From the NCBI GenBank assembly GCA_046292385.1, contig JBKBRF010000005.1:1-64000 (forward strand): a stretch of 64,000 nt of DNA. Direction: 5' to 3'. The notes beneath the pieces were generated by a model. That model saw nothing but the letters and a program-made list of their open reading frames with translations. It was not told where the DNA came from and did no database searches. How positions within the stretch are numbered: the first letter of the stretch is position 1; the number at the start of each line of letters is the position of its first letter. This DNA comes from Armatimonadota bacterium. GTDB lineage: Bacteria > Armatimonadota > SYMT01. Below, piece by piece: positions 8,566 through 17,961 of this stretch. Made by a program: the position numbers and the translations under genes.

Positions 8566-10221
8566 TTAGATCTCCATAATCACCGGCACGACCATCGGGC
8601 GGCGGCCGGTCTTGCGCTGGAGCAGCTTGTTCACGGTGCGGCGGACGTCCTGGCGGACGGCGCTCCAGTCGCGGCCGCTGTCTTCGTCGAGGCCTTCCAG
8701 GAGCGCGGCGACGCTCTCCTTCGCCTCGTCGTAGACATGCTCTTCCTCGGTGGTCAGGATCGCGCCCCGGGAGATGCAGTCCGGGCCGGCGATGATGCGG
8801 CCGGTGGTGGCGTCGACGCTGCAGACGACCACGAAGATGCCGTCCTGGCTCAGGTGCCACCGGTCCCGGAGCACGATGTCCTCGATGCCGGAGGTCCCGC
8901 TGCCGTCCACGATCACGTCGCCGGCCGTGACCCGCTCCGTCACCCGCGCCTTCTCGCCCTGCAGCTCCAGTACGTCGCCGTTTTCCAGCCGCGTGACCGA
9001 GTAGCCCATCGGCTCCGCCATGCGCTGCCAGAGCACCTGGTGGCGGTGCTCGCCGTGGACCGGCACGATGTGCCGCGGCTGCACCAGGTTGGCGAGCATC
9101 TTCAGCTCTTCCTGGTTGCCGTGGCCGGAGACGTGGATGTTCGGGTGGCTCTGCGAGTAGATGACGTTGGCGCCCAGCCGGAACAGGTTGTTGATCACGC
9201 GCCAGACGGTGTCCTCATTGCCCGGGATCGGCGAGGAGGAGAGGATCACGGTGTCACCTTCCTCGATGCGGACCTGGCGGTGGTCCCCCATCGCCATCCG
9301 CGTGAGGGCGGAGAGCGGCTCGCCCTGGCTGCCGGTGGTGATGATCGTCACCTCGTCCGCGGGGTACGAGCCGACGTCGTCGAGGCGGATCATCGTGTCA
9401 TCCCCCACCTCCAGGTAGCCGAGCTCCCGGGAGACGTCGACGTTCTGCTGCATGCTCCGGCCGGCGAGCGCGACCTTGCGGTCGTACCTGCGGGCGATGT
9501 CGATCACCTGCTGCACGCGGGAGATGTTGGAGGCGAAGGTGGCGACGATGACGCGGCCCTCCGCCTCGTGGAAGACGGCGTCGAGCGCGTCGGTCACCAC
9601 CGCCTCGGATTTCACGTAGCCGGGCTTGTCGACGTTGGTCGAGTCGGTCACCAGGGCCAGCACCCCTTCCGCTCCGGCGCGGGCGAAGGCGCCGATGTCG
9701 GCCACGCGACCGTCCACGGGGGTCTGGTCGAACTTGAAGTCGCCGGTGTGGACCACGGTGCCGGCCGGCGTGCGGAGGATCAGGCTCACCGCGTCCGGGA
9801 TGCTGTGGTTGACGTGCACGAACTCCACTTCGAAGTGGCCGATCTTCACCCGCTCGCCCTGCTCCGCCAGGTGCCAGTCGGTATCGGCCCAGAGCCCGTG
9901 CTCGTGCAGCTTCCGCCGGATCAGCCCCAGCGTGAGGCGGGTGGCCCAGATCGGCACCGGGAGCTGCTTCAGCACGTGCGGGAGCGCTCCGATGTGGTCC
10001 TCATGGCCGTGGGTGAGCACGAAGCCGACCACCTGCTCCTTGTGCCCCAGCAGGTAGGAGATGTCCGGGATCAGGAGGTCGATCCCGAGCTGATGGTCTT
10101 CCGGGAACTTCACGCCGCAGTCGACGACCAGGATCTGGTCGCCCACGCGGTAGGCGTACATGTTCTTTCCGATCTCGGTGGCGCCACCGAGCGGAATGAT
10201 CGAGAGCGTTTCGTTTGCCAT
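8566..10221 (-). CDS. rnj: ribonuclease J
   Basis: PLGGATEIGKN, THGHEDHIG, HTGDFKFD, GSQGEP, HVSGH, PVHGE metallo-beta-lactamase/beta-CASP motifs. Confidence 0.97.
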   Translation of the reverse strand: MANETLSIIPLGGATEIGKNMYAYRVGDQILVVDCGVKFPEDHQLGIDLLIPDISYLLGHKEQVVGFVLTHGHEDHIGALPHVLKQLPVPIWATRLTLGLIRRKLHEHGLWADTDWHLAEQGERVKIGHFEVEFVHVNHSIPDAVSLILRTPAGTVVHTGDFKFDQTPVDGRVADIGAFARAGAEGVLALVTDSTNVDKPGYVKSEAVVTDALDAVFHEAEGRVIVATFASNISRVQQVIDIARRYDRKVALAGRSMQQNVDVSRELGYLEVGDDTMIRLDDVGSYPADEVTIITTGSQGEPLSALTRMAMGDHRQVRIEEGDTVILSSSPIPGNEDTVWRVINNLFRLGANVIYSQSHPNIHVSGHGNQEELKMLANLVQPRHIVPVHGEHRHQVLWQRMAEPMGYSVTRLENGDVLELQGEKARVTERVTAGDVIVDGSGTSGIEDIVLRDRWHLSQDGIFVVVCSVDATTGRIIAGPDCISRGAILTTEEEHVYDEAKESVAALLEGLDEDSGRDWSAVRQDVRRTVNKLLQRKTGRRPMVVPVIMEI

Positions 10222-10885
10222 AAAGAGAGAGCTATTCAGTCCTGTTCAGATCGAATCTTGTGGCGCCGCGAAGCCGGTCCTGCGCAGGGGCGCTCGCGCC
10301 GCGAGGCCGGCAGCGGAGATTATGGTGGCGGAGCCAACCTTGCTCATCTTATCCGCTCCACCCACCGGAGTAGGAGCGGCGAGACCGGGGCGGCAGGCCG
10401 GTCAAGAGGCAGGGCACATGGATGCACCGACAAAGCTCACCCGCTACCCTCCCCTCGGACGAACATCGCCTCCGAAGGGAACCGGAAGATCGTCGTGCCT
10501 TCCGAGCAGGCTACCGGGCCGCTGCCTCGTAACGCACCCTGCTCCTCTAGCGCAGACTCGGATCTCGGTTCTCTCCCGGTAGAGAGCGTCCACGCGCCGG
10601 AGACGAGAGCGTGCCCGGGGCAACAACCGCCGAGGCTTTCTGTCAGGGATGGGGCAAAGATTACTGTGAAAGACCTTCTGGACATGGCCCTGACCTAGGT
10701 ATATGTACGGATATTCTTTGTGCGGGAGAAGGATCTCGCCCGCATCCGGTCAAACAGAAGTCCAGCCCGGCAGCCGGTGAGGGCTCCTCTACTATGAAGC
10801 CAGGCGGGCCGACGGCTGGTATGGTCGTGGGGTGGCTCGGCAACCGGCGCCCGCGGCTACTGTGTCTCCAACCGGGAGCGAAACA

Positions 10886-13312
10886 ATGTTGCCCGCGAAC
10901 TATCAATCCGGATCCCAAGGAAACCCCACTCCAAAGGCGCGACACACTCTTGTCTGCGCCATCGCACTCTGGGGCGCGCTGCTCACCAGCGTGGCAACGG
11001 CAGCCGATCCTGCCGGCAGGGGCGGATCGGAACCCGGAAATGCCGGATTCTATTCTCAAACCGCAGCTGCCCCCGCCAAGGCGTCCGACCGTTTCACCCC
11101 CGCCGGTAACGGCATCTCGATCGGGCAGATCAAGCTGTACGACGAACGGGCTCTCCGGGTGATGCTCCGCCAGGCGGAAGCAAGCCTCGCCGCGCTGCGA
11201 GTTTACCAGCAGGACACCTTGACGGGGGCGCTCGGGCGCACGCAAGGGGTTACGGTAGACGAGCGTACCCTGGCATTACAGGTGATGCAGCCGCCACTTG
11301 CGGGCGCGGACGGCGCAGCACCGAACCCAGTGCCGGCTCCGGCTGTCGCACCCAGCACCTTGTCCGCCACAGGTACGGTCGGCATCGGCTCGCAGGACTT
11401 GCTGATGGAGCAAGAGGCCCTGAATTATCAGATCACGAACCTGCGCCTTCTATTGCAGGGCGCCATATCGGATCGAGTGGCGAGAACGACCAGCGGGCCC
11501 AGTCGCACTGAATCAGCACGATTCCAGGCGATTCTCGGGTTCCAGATCAGCATCGATACCCCGGAACGTTATAAGAACCGGGTAGCCGAAGTAGAAGTCA
11601 CCCTGCCCTCTCCGTCGAAGACGGCGCGATCCGAGGGGCAGGACCGGGTGCAGATCGCCAGCCTGGCGGCTCCCCCCATCTCCGAGCGCACTTTGCACGA
11701 TGACTGGTCCTTGGTGTCGTTATTGCCGAAAGAAAAGACCTACAACGTCGCAGCACTCCGGAGGGACGCTACGTCGATCGGCTTCGGCGTGGTAACGAAC
11801 GTAATCAGTCTGGGTGGGCAGGGCGGTCGCGCTCGCGAGACCCTCTATCTGGTCAAGGACACGGACACAGTGGCGTTAGAGCGTTCCACGCCCTCGGGTA
11901 AAGGTGAGCCGCTGAAGTTCGCCTGGCAGTTCCGCCCAACACTCGGGCGTAGTGCCGTGGAGCCGGGCATTCGGCAGGTATATGTCGTCCTATCGATCCC
12001 CGACAAAGGCGAGGATTACCATTATTACGAAACTCTCGCCGACATTCGTACTTATTGGCGAGAGTTCAAACGCAAGACCGGGATTGTAGGTGATGAGATC
12101 ATTTCCTCCGGAGGAGCCGAAACGCAGCGCTCCGTATCGGTACCAGGCATCGCCAAATCCGACGAGTTGCTTGAACCAAGAAAACTGCGCGTCGCCCAGA
12201 TTCAGGATCTCGGAACTGGCCACATCCGGGTCACCGTCGACGGAGAGAACCTGATCCCCGAAACCCGGGTCCTACTTGGCGGCACGGCCTTAAGTCCGGA
12301 CCAGGTGACGTTCCAGGGAGACCGGCGGATCATCTTCGTGGCCCCAAATCCGATGATTGCGTCCGGCGACGTACATCTGGTGGGTCCTTATGGGAAACCC
12401 GTGCGCGTCGAACGTAAGGAAACAGACCTGGCGAGCTTCACAGTCGATCTTCCTGAAGTAACTCAGCTCGACTCGGAACGCTGTGAGCTCGAGATCGGGG
12501 TGCGGGTACCGTCGGGTAAAGTTGACGAGATTATGGACGATTTGATCGTCGATCTTGGCCGCGGGAATCCCTACGGCTTCCGTGACCGTCCCATACGCCG
12601 CAGATCCGCTGGGAAGGATGGCTTGCCCGACATCTTGCTCACCCTGCACGTCCCGACCACTGTGCTCCGCTCTGTCGACGAGATTCGAGTGCTCCGACCG
12701 CTCTCGCCGACAACACGGGTGGCTACGGAAAAGCTCAACATGGGGCCGATCTTCTCTGTCTCCCGGGTTACGACTCGCCCCTCCAGCACAGGAGGAAAGT
12801 ACTTCTGGGTTGACGGGGTCAACTTCACCGAATGGATGTACTATCAGGGCAAGAAGGAACCGATCAAGGCTACGACCGAGCTTCCAAAGGGAGAGGGCGA
12901 GACTAAACCGCGCCTTACCCTCTTGCACAAGGGGCAACTGCTCCTGTTCCTTCCCGCCGAGGAGCACAAAGGAATCGATCAACTGGTGTTCATCCAGGAG
13001 AAGGATAAGAAGAGAAGCACCGTAATCGCGCCGCTCGTGCCGCCCCCGGGGCCACTTCCGACCGTCAACGCCCTGCCGGCGGTCCGCGTCAATGAAAGCA
13101 AAGAGATCGAGGTTCGTGGCGAGCATCTGGACTCGATTGCCGCGGTGAAGTTCGAAAACCTCGATCTGGTTTTCCAGATTGCTCCCGATGGGAAGTCGAT
13201 GAAGGTGCGAATTCCTTCGGAGTTGACCAAGACGGCCTCACCTCGCCGGCAGATCGACTTCATCACGAAGGACGGCAAGAAGGTCTCACGTGACCTGGAA
13301 GTCAACTCGTAG
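10886..13312 (+). CDS. large secreted hypothetical protein with probable IPT/TIG-like beta-sandwich domains
   Basis: Signal-like hydrophobic stretch; VTVDGENL, WVDGVNF, IEVRGEHL motifs typical of IPT/TIG; visibly lower GC than flanks. Confidence 0.75.
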   Translation: MLPANYQSGSQGNPTPKARHTLVCAIALWGALLTSVATAADPAGRGGSEPGNAGFYSQTAAAPAKASDRFTPAGNGISIGQIKLYDERALRVMLRQAEASLAALRVYQQDTLTGALGRTQGVTVDERTLALQVMQPPLAGADGAAPNPVPAPAVAPSTLSATGTVGIGSQDLLMEQEALNYQITNLRLLLQGAISDRVARTTSGPSRTESARFQAILGFQISIDTPERYKNRVAEVEVTLPSPSKTARSEGQDRVQIASLAAPPISERTLHDDWSLVSLLPKEKTYNVAALRRDATSIGFGVVTNVISLGGQGGRARETLYLVKDTDTVALERSTPSGKGEPLKFAWQFRPTLGRSAVEPGIRQVYVVLSIPDKGEDYHYYETLADIRTYWREFKRKTGIVGDEIISSGGAETQRSVSVPGIAKSDELLEPRKLRVAQIQDLGTGHIRVTVDGENLIPETRVLLGGTALSPDQVTFQGDRRIIFVAPNPMIASGDVHLVGPYGKPVRVERKETDLASFTVDLPEVTQLDSERCELEIGVRVPSGKVDEIMDDLIVDLGRGNPYGFRDRPIRRRSAGKDGLPDILLTLHVPTTVLRSVDEIRVLRPLSPTTRVATEKLNMGPIFSVSRVTTRPSSTGGKYFWVDGVNFTEWMYYQGKKEPIKATTELPKGEGETKPRLTLLHKGQLLLFLPAEEHKGIDQLVFIQEKDKKRSTVIAPLVPPPGPLPTVNALPAVRVNESKEIEVRGEHLDSIAAVKFENLDLVFQIAPDGKSMKVRIPSELTKTASPRRQIDFITKDGKKVSRDLEVNS

Positions 13313-13455
13313 CGATCCAGGAATAGAACCGGAGATTGCGATCCGGCCAGAGCGTGCCGAAGTCTCGTGCGGCGGCGTGGACGTGAGTCTCCAGCACAGC
13401 AGTAGGCGGGAAGGCGAGGTGGGGGAAGCTCCTCGTCTTCCTGCCACTGCGCCAG

Positions 13456-14754
13456 CTACAGTTCCCAGCCCTTGCGGTACGGCTTGCGGATGACGTGGGC
13501 TACCTCCGGCGCGTTCGTCGCCTTCAGGTTCTTGGCGTCCCACTCCACCTTCTTGCCGTTGGCCCAGACTGCCAGGTTGCCCAGCAGCACCGTCTCGGTC
13601 ATCGGGCTGGCGTAGCCCGGGAAGTTGCTCATCGCCGGTTCCCCACCGCGGATGGCGCGGACCCACTCCTCGAAGTGGCCGGGCGACTGCGGATAGCTCA
13701 CCTCCACATCCCGGACGCCGCCGAGCAGGACGCGGTTGTTGCCGGAGTCGCCGGGGGAGTAGAGCTTCCCCTTCTCCCCGATCACGAGCGCCCCGCTCGA
13801 CTCCTGCTTCTGCCCCTCGAGGAGGTCGGCGGACGGCATCTTGCCGCCGTCGTACCAGAAGAGCGTGAGCGCGGGGCGAGCCTCGGTGGCCGGGAACTCG
13901 TAGCCGATCACCGACCACTTAGGGTAGCTGTCCTGGTTGTGGCCGGAGGTCTCCGCCTGGACGGAGATGGGATGTCGCAGGTCGAGCGCCATGAACGGCA
14001 TGTTCATCGTGTGGCACGCCATGTCGCCCAGCGCGCCGGTGCCGAAGTCCCACCAGCCGCGCCAGCCGAAGGTGTGGTACCCCTTCCCGTACGGCCGCTC
14101 CGGCGCCGGGCCCAGCCACTCGTCCCAGTGCACCGTCGTCGGCGGGGTCTCCGCCTGCGGGCGCGGCACGCCCTGCTCCCAGATCGGGCGGTTCGTCCAG
14201 ACGTGCACCTCTCGCACCGGGCCCAGGATGCCCGCGCGGATGAGGGCGGCGTTCTTACGCAGGTCGCCGCTCGCGGTGCCCTGGTTGCCCATCTGGGTGG
14301 CGACCTTGTGCTGGCGAGCGAGTTCGCCAAGGGTGCGGGCCTCGTAGATGTCGTGGGTGAGCGGCTTCTGGCAGAAGCAGTGCTTGCCCATCTTCATCGC
14401 CATCGCCGCGGCGGGCGCGTGGGTGTGGTCCGGCGTGGAGACGGTCACCGCGTCGATGCTCTTGCCCATCTCCTCCAGCATCTTGCGGAAGTCGGTGTAC
14501 TTCCTGGCGTTCGGGTACTTCTGCGCGGCGCGGTTGAGGATGTTCTCATCCACGTCGCAGATCGCCACCAGGTTGCCGCTGCGCGCCGCGTCCGCGGTGT
14601 CGCTCTCGCCTTTGCCGCCGACGCCGATCGCGGCAAAGTTGATCTTCTCGTTGGCCGACTTCGCCTGCGCCCACGCCCCCTGCTCCGCGGCCAGGATCCC
14701 CAGCCCCGCGGCAGTCGTGGTCTTCAGGAAGTCGCGCCGGCTCCGGTTCGACAT
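13456..14754 (-). CDS. Tat-exported Gfo/Idh/MocA oxidoreductase
   Basis: SRRDFLK twin-arginine motif; IGVGGKG; TPDHTH; CQKPL; GDMACH. Confidence 0.95.
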   Translation of the reverse strand: MSNRSRRDFLKTTTAAGLGILAAEQGAWAQAKSANEKINFAAIGVGGKGESDTADAARSGNLVAICDVDENILNRAAQKYPNARKYTDFRKMLEEMGKSIDAVTVSTPDHTHAPAAAMAMKMGKHCFCQKPLTHDIYEARTLGELARQHKVATQMGNQGTASGDLRKNAALIRAGILGPVREVHVWTNRPIWEQGVPRPQAETPPTTVHWDEWLGPAPERPYGKGYHTFGWRGWWDFGTGALGDMACHTMNMPFMALDLRHPISVQAETSGHNQDSYPKWSVIGYEFPATEARPALTLFWYDGGKMPSADLLEGQKQESSGALVIGEKGKLYSPGDSGNNRVLLGGVRDVEVSYPQSPGHFEEWVRAIRGGEPAMSNFPGYASPMTETVLLGNLAVWANGKKVEWDAKNLKATNAPEVAHVIRKPYRKGWEL

Positions 14755-14842
14755 GTTCTCTACTCCTTCCGGCGAGGGAGACGCCAGTGGGAGAGCCTCG
14801 CCACTACCAGGATGGAAACCACGCGTACTGTGAGGTTTCGGG

Positions 14843-15829
14843 TTATCGGGTGCCCGGCGTCACTCCCGGAAGCGCGTAGACGTCTCCCGGCAGCGGCTCC
14901 TGGAGCTCTCCGACCTTCCGAAAGCGGCGCTCTTGCGGGAGGCGGGAATTCAGTATCGGAAAGAGCTGCCGCGCCGGTCCCGCGCCGGGCGACTCCGGTG
15001 CGACTTCCGTGCCGGTGAGCCGGCCTACCAGCTCCGAGAGCAGCTCCGGCGTGAGATCGTCGTGGATGTAGACGAGCTGCGCGTCCGCCATCAGCACCGG
15101 CCCGGCGGAATCGCCGCCGCCCGGCAGCCGCTTCCGCAGCGTCGTGTTGAGCGACCGCATCGCCTGTTCGAACTGCACTTTGCGGCTCTGCGCCACCACT
15201 TCCGCGGGGTAGCTCCTCCCCTGCGCCTCCGCCATCGCCAGGATCTCCGCCGCCGTCGGGCCGCCGCGGCTGCTGCGCCAGAGCATCTCGTCCGCGTAGT
15301 CGCGCTGGACCAGCTCCTGCACCCGCCGCGTGTCGAGCGGCGGAATCTCGCCCAGCGGGCGGTCGCGCACCAGGCGGTGGAACAGCTCCGCCGCGCTGAG
15401 ACCGGGCAGCCGGACCTTCCGCCGCCCGGGAGGGTCTTCCTGTCCGATCCCCTCTTTGGACGTCGTATAGGTCACGCTCGTCCCGTCCGCGTAGTGCGTG
15501 TCGAAGTCGAGAATCGTGCCGACCAGCGGCGCCTCGTAGATCGCCGCGTAGACCCGCTCCTCGTGGTGAAAGAGAAGCTGCAGGGTCATGCCGGGGATCT
15601 CGAGCACCCGGAAGTGCGGCCCTTCCTCGAAGTCGAGCCCGCGCAGCTCCCCCAGGAGCGCTTCCACCCGTCCCGCGTGACGCCAGGCGGGACGGGACAG
15701 CGGCTGGAGCCGGATCTCCGCCGGCGCGCCGAGGCGAGAGAAGCGCACCAGGATCCGGGCCATGCTCAGGAGGTCGAACCGGACCGCCAGCCACCCGAAG
15801 CCTACCAGCGCAATGATGAGCCAGACCAT
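14843..15829 (-). CDS. hypothetical membrane-anchored protein
   Basis: N-terminal hydrophobic helix MVWLIIALVGFGWLAV; protein-like composition. Confidence 0.7.
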   Translation of the reverse strand: MVWLIIALVGFGWLAVRFDLLSMARILVRFSRLGAPAEIRLQPLSRPAWRHAGRVEALLGELRGLDFEEGPHFRVLEIPGMTLQLLFHHEERVYAAIYEAPLVGTILDFDTHYADGTSVTYTTSKEGIGQEDPPGRRKVRLPGLSAAELFHRLVRDRPLGEIPPLDTRRVQELVQRDYADEMLWRSSRGGPTAAEILAMAEAQGRSYPAEVVAQSRKVQFEQAMRSLNTTLRKRLPGGGDSAGPVLMADAQLVYIHDDLTPELLSELVGRLTGTEVAPESPGAGPARQLFPILNSRLPQERRFRKVGELQEPLPGDVYALPGVTPGTR

Positions 15830-15985
15830 CCCTCTCCCTACTCTGCTCCGCCCGCGAGGAGGAGCTCCGCCGCGGCGCATCTGACGAAGTAACGGTTCCC
15901 TGCCACTTTCGGAGGCGGGTGCAGCGGGCTCCTTTCACATGGGTGAGGAGCCGCCGGAGACACCGCCGAGGAGAATCCCTGCTCC

Positions 15986-16645
15986 ATGGCGAGCCAGCCG
16001 CTGAGCGAGCTCCTGCAGCAGCTCGAGAACCCTCGGGGACTGGCGCGTGCCCGGGCGGCTTCGGCGCTGGGCGCCGCGGGTGGCGGGGACGCGGCGGTGC
16101 TCACGGCATTATGCAACGCCGCGGCCTCCGACCCGTGGTGGTACGTGCGGCGCACGGCCATCGAAGCCCTGGCGGCGCTCGGAGACCCGGCCGCGGTGCC
16201 GGCGCTCATCCAGGCGCTGGAGCGCGACGGAACCCCGGGCGTGCGGCGGCAGGCGGCGGTGGCGCTGCGGGCCTTCGGCGGCCCGGAGGCGGTCGGGGCT
16301 CTTCGCCGGGCGCTCGTCGACCGGGACGTCGAGACTGCCTACCGCGCAGCAGATGCCCTTCTCGACCTCGCCCCGGGGCGCACCTCCGTGGAGTGGCTGC
16401 GGCGAGCCCTGGCGATGAAGCGCGCCTGGATGCTGCCCTCCGCCAGGGCGCTGCGAGGTCGGCTGCAAGAGCTGCTGAAGGAGCGCGAGGATCGGGAGCT
16501 CCGCTTCCTGCCAATCCCCTCTTCTCCAGAGCGGTCCCCAGACCAGCTTCCACTCCCGGCCGAAGCTCCCGCCCCCGATCCCGGGAGCCTCCCGCGCCCC
16601 ACGCGCGTCGTGAAACCCCGGCCCCGCCACCGCCCACCCCATTAG
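15986..16645 (+). CDS. HEAT-repeat (PBS lyase-like) protein
   Basis: Repeats VRRTAIEALAALGDPAAVPALIQAL and VRRQAAVALRAFGGPEAVGALRRAL. Confidence 0.85.
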   Translation: MASQPLSELLQQLENPRGLARARAASALGAAGGGDAAVLTALCNAAASDPWWYVRRTAIEALAALGDPAAVPALIQALERDGTPGVRRQAAVALRAFGGPEAVGALRRALVDRDVETAYRAADALLDLAPGRTSVEWLRRALAMKRAWMLPSARALRGRLQELLKEREDRELRFLPIPSSPERSPDQLPLPAEAPAPDPGSLPRPTRVVKPRPRHRPPH

Positions 16646-16744
16646 GGCCCGCAACGTAGACTGCGGTACTCTCTCAACAAGTTTGCCAGCTATCTCTAGC
16701 GTGCCGCCATCAACCGGAGGCGGGGTTCTGGGGACTAAGAGAGT

Positions 16745-17770
16745 ATGCGGCAGAACGGAAACACTCTCCGCCTGGCCGCGGCTGCCGTCATCGCAATGGG
16801 CGGCGCCGCCTGGGCGGGTAACGTATATCTTCAACCGGTTCCCGAGGAGGGACCCGATCCAGAGCAGCTCCGCGCGCTGGCGGAGCGCCTGCAGTCGAAC
16901 CCGGCGCAGCCTTCGTTCGAGCTCGAGCTGCACCGGGACGGCACCCGGCGCGCCACTGTTACGCTTCCCCCTCCGGAGCGGACGTCCGGAAGGCGGAAGA
17001 GCCCTGCTCCGTCCGCGGACCAGCGGTCGGCCCCCGCGACGCAGCCAGCGGCAGTGGAGCCGCCGGTCCCCGCCGCTGCGGGGCCGGAGGAATCGGATCC
17101 GGTCAAGAACATCGCCCTGATGGGGGTCACGAACGGCGGGGCAGGCGAGCGCGCCTGGCTGGTCGATCTCCAGACCAAAGACCGCGATCCGTTCGAAGAG
17201 GGCCAGGAAGCGTACGGCTTCACGGTAGGCGACATCGAGCGGAACCAGGTCGTCCTCGTTCGGGACGGGAACGAGTACGTCGTCCGCCTGGGCGAGAAGC
17301 CGATCCCCTCCGCCTACGGTGACGCCCAGGCTCCCGTCACAACCGCCTCCGCGGCGGAGGCGAACAACCGCGGCGGGCGCGGGCAGATGCGGCGCGGTCC
17401 GCAGCAGCCGCAGAATCGCGGCAACCGCCGGCGCTCCAACAACCGGCGCGGCAACAACCGGCGCTGGGGCGGCAACAACCGCGGCGGGGTCAACCCGCGT
17501 GACGTGATGCGGAATGCCGCGAACGCCGCGCGGCGGGGTGGCGGCTTCGGCGGTAACTTCAACCGCAACTTCAACAACTCCGGCACGCAGCAGCAGGTCT
17601 CCTCGAATCCGCAGACGGCGCGCCGACGCGGAGTGCGGCTGGTGGGAGACGCGGAGCCGATCCCGCAGCCGCCGCAGGTCAACAACCCGCAGACGCAGCG
17701 GCGGCGCGGTAACACCAACGGCGCGGCGTTCGGTGCCCCCAACAACGGCAACCAGCAGCGACGCCGGTAA
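16745..17770 (+). CDS. secreted protein with GspC/PilP-like beta domain and N/G/R/Q-rich low-complexity tail
   Basis: Signal peptide; IALMGV...AWLVD...GFTVGDIERNQVVLVRDGNEYVVRLGE resembles the T2SS-C homology region. Confidence 0.7.
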   Translation: MRQNGNTLRLAAAAVIAMGGAAWAGNVYLQPVPEEGPDPEQLRALAERLQSNPAQPSFELELHRDGTRRATVTLPPPERTSGRRKSPAPSADQRSAPATQPAAVEPPVPAAAGPEESDPVKNIALMGVTNGGAGERAWLVDLQTKDRDPFEEGQEAYGFTVGDIERNQVVLVRDGNEYVVRLGEKPIPSAYGDAQAPVTTASAAEANNRGGRGQMRRGPQQPQNRGNRRRSNNRRGNNRRWGGNNRGGVNPRDVMRNAANAARRGGGFGGNFNRNFNNSGTQQQVSSNPQTARRRGVRLVGDAEPIPQPPQVNNPQTQRRRGNTNGAAFGAPNNGNQQRRR

Positions 17771-17774
17771 GCCC

Positions 17775-17811
17775 GGGTGGAGGCGCGGCCCCACTTCCCG
17801 CGCCTCCACCT
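17775..17811. terminator. GC-rich hairpin between convergent genes
   Basis: GGTGGAGGCGCGG/CCGCGCCTCCACC stem immediately after stop 17770; no clear U-tract. Confidence 0.5.
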
Positions 17812-17961
17812 ACCGCAGCGAACGGTTACTCCGGAGTGAGCGCTTCCGAACGCCTCGCGGGAAGAACTCAGTCGCCGAGAGTTGCTTCCGGCTCGGCTAC
17901 CCGCTGGAGTAAGAGTCCCCGTGTACGAGGGGGTTCGGATTCATCCCTCACCCTTCATCCC

